From Octopus bimaculoides (lineage: Eukaryota), in the NCBI RefSeq assembly GCF_001194135.2, contig NC_068998.1, forward strand, positions 48,505,296-48,569,295: a DNA stretch of 64,000 nt, in the 5' to 3' direction. Shown here piece by piece: positions 62,696 to 64,000 of the stretch. The position numbers were made by a program, and so were the translations under genes. A model generated the notes under the pieces. That model made no database searches and had not been told where the DNA came from. It saw only the letters and a list, made by a program, of their open reading frames with translations. How positions within the stretch are numbered: the stretch's first letter is position 1; every line of letters starts with the position of its first letter.

Positions 62696-63127
62696 ATCAC
62701 CATAATCATCATCATCGTTGTGTGAGTGAGAGTGAGAGCAAGCATTTAAATTTATACTATAAATAAGCACAGAAATCTCCGGAACAGGTAAATCCCCCAT
62801 TTCTCTCTATTTATATATGTGTGTACATCATATCAGCTGGCATAGGTTGGATGGTTTGACAAGGGCTGCACCAGGTTCCAGTCTGGGTTGGTTTGGGTTC
62901 TATGGCTGGATGCCGTTCCTAACATGCCAACCACTTCACAGTGTGTGCTGGATGCTTTTAACATGGCACTGCATGAGCGCCTTCACATGATCACGGGCCC
63001 AACTGCTTTTCACATGGCATCAGCAACCCGATGTCTGCAGGCCAATCCCGTTTGCGAGGGTGAGTGGCCTCAACATTGCTGCTGTGACAGAAAGGTGTTC
63101 TTGAGTACAGCAAATTGCCATGTGTAC

Positions 63128-63172
<45 letters not shown>

Positions 63173-63520
63173 NNNNNNNNNNNNNNNNNNNNNNNNNNNN
63201 NNNNNNNNNNNNNNNNNNNNNNNNNNNNNNNNNNNNNNNNNNNNNNNNNNNNNNNNNNNNNNNNNNNNNNNNNNNNNNNNNNNNNNNNNNNNNNNNNNNN
63301 NNNNNNNNNNNNNNNNNNNNNNNNNNNNNNNNNNNNNNNNNNNNNNNNNNNNNNNNNNNNNNNNNNNNNNNNNNNNNNNNNNNNNNNNNNNNNNNNNNNN
63401 NNNNNNNNNNNNNNNNNNNNNNNNNNNNNNNNNNNNNNNNNNNNNNNNNNNNNNNNNNNNNNNNNNNNNNNNNNNNNNNNNNNNNNNNNNNNNNNNNNNN
63501 NNNNNNNNNNNNNNNNNNNN

Positions 63521-63589
<69 letters not shown>

Positions 63590-63711
63590 AAGTATAAACA
63601 AATGATGTAATGAATACGTTGTTAGTTTATACATTTTTTCATTTATCAAGAAACGGAACACAACACACACTGAATCTGTATTAACGAGAAAGTTTTATAT
63701 AAATATATTCT

Positions 63712-64000
63712 TTTATGCTTTTACTTGCTTCAATCATTTGACTGCAGCCATGCTGGAGCACGGCCTTTAGTCGAACTAATCGACCCCAGAACTTATTCTT
63801 TGTAAGCCTGGTACTTATTCTATCGGCCTTTTTCGCTGAACCACTAAATTACTGGGACATAAACACACCAACATCGGTTGTTGAGCAAAAGCAGAGGTAC
63901 AAATACAGACACACACACAAATATATACATATATATATATGACGAGCTTCTTTCAGTTTCCGTCTACCAAATCCACTTGTGAGGCTTTGGTCGGCCCGAG
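63712..64000 (-). mobile_element. SINE family A, cut by the window end
   Basis: Tail, right arm, linker and part of the left monomer align with 508-914. Confidence 0.88.

Noticed and set aside
814-63610. Long ORFs in the supplied track rich in Y/I/H/T/C/V/M or X
   Set aside because: They are translations of (TA)n, (CA)n and (TACA)n microsatellites and of N-gaps, not genes.

Overview
AT-rich, repeat-saturated metazoan DNA. The SINE content and microsatellite density suggest an octopod cephalopod such as Octopus (inference from recalled repeat families, not from a search). There are 20 N-gaps totalling about 8.5 kb. The only confidently supported gene content is two minus-strand coding exons of a type I inositol-1,4,5-trisphosphate 5-phosphatase (INPP5A orthologue): 13710-13810 (101 nt, CLHRTEPRFLAVHCQEVGGKNYEDSMQHVNNFV) and 7850-7937 (88 nt, SLLGCDELQNFDRVRVFLDEDFTAADKFT). 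Both have canonical AG/GT boundaries and compatible phase. The adjacent INPP5A exons were not found; they lie in gaps or outside the window. The rest is most likely intron. It is filled with several tRNA-derived SINE families (my working labels A, A2, B, C, C'), RTE-type LINE 3' ends and relics (label D), a probable Hero-clade LINE 3' end, hAT- and piggyBac-like MITEs, Penelope-like termini with degenerate hammerhead cores, minisatellites and microsatellites. Nearly all ORFs in the supplied track are microsatellite, gap or repeat artefacts. No clear novel multi-gene system is visible. The most interesting signals concern RNA structure and repeat architecture: a frame-neutral two-exon cassette bracketed by near-identical inverted SINEs, three hammerhead-like motifs, a long near-perfect palindrome, modular SINE chimeras and several unusual tandem arrays.
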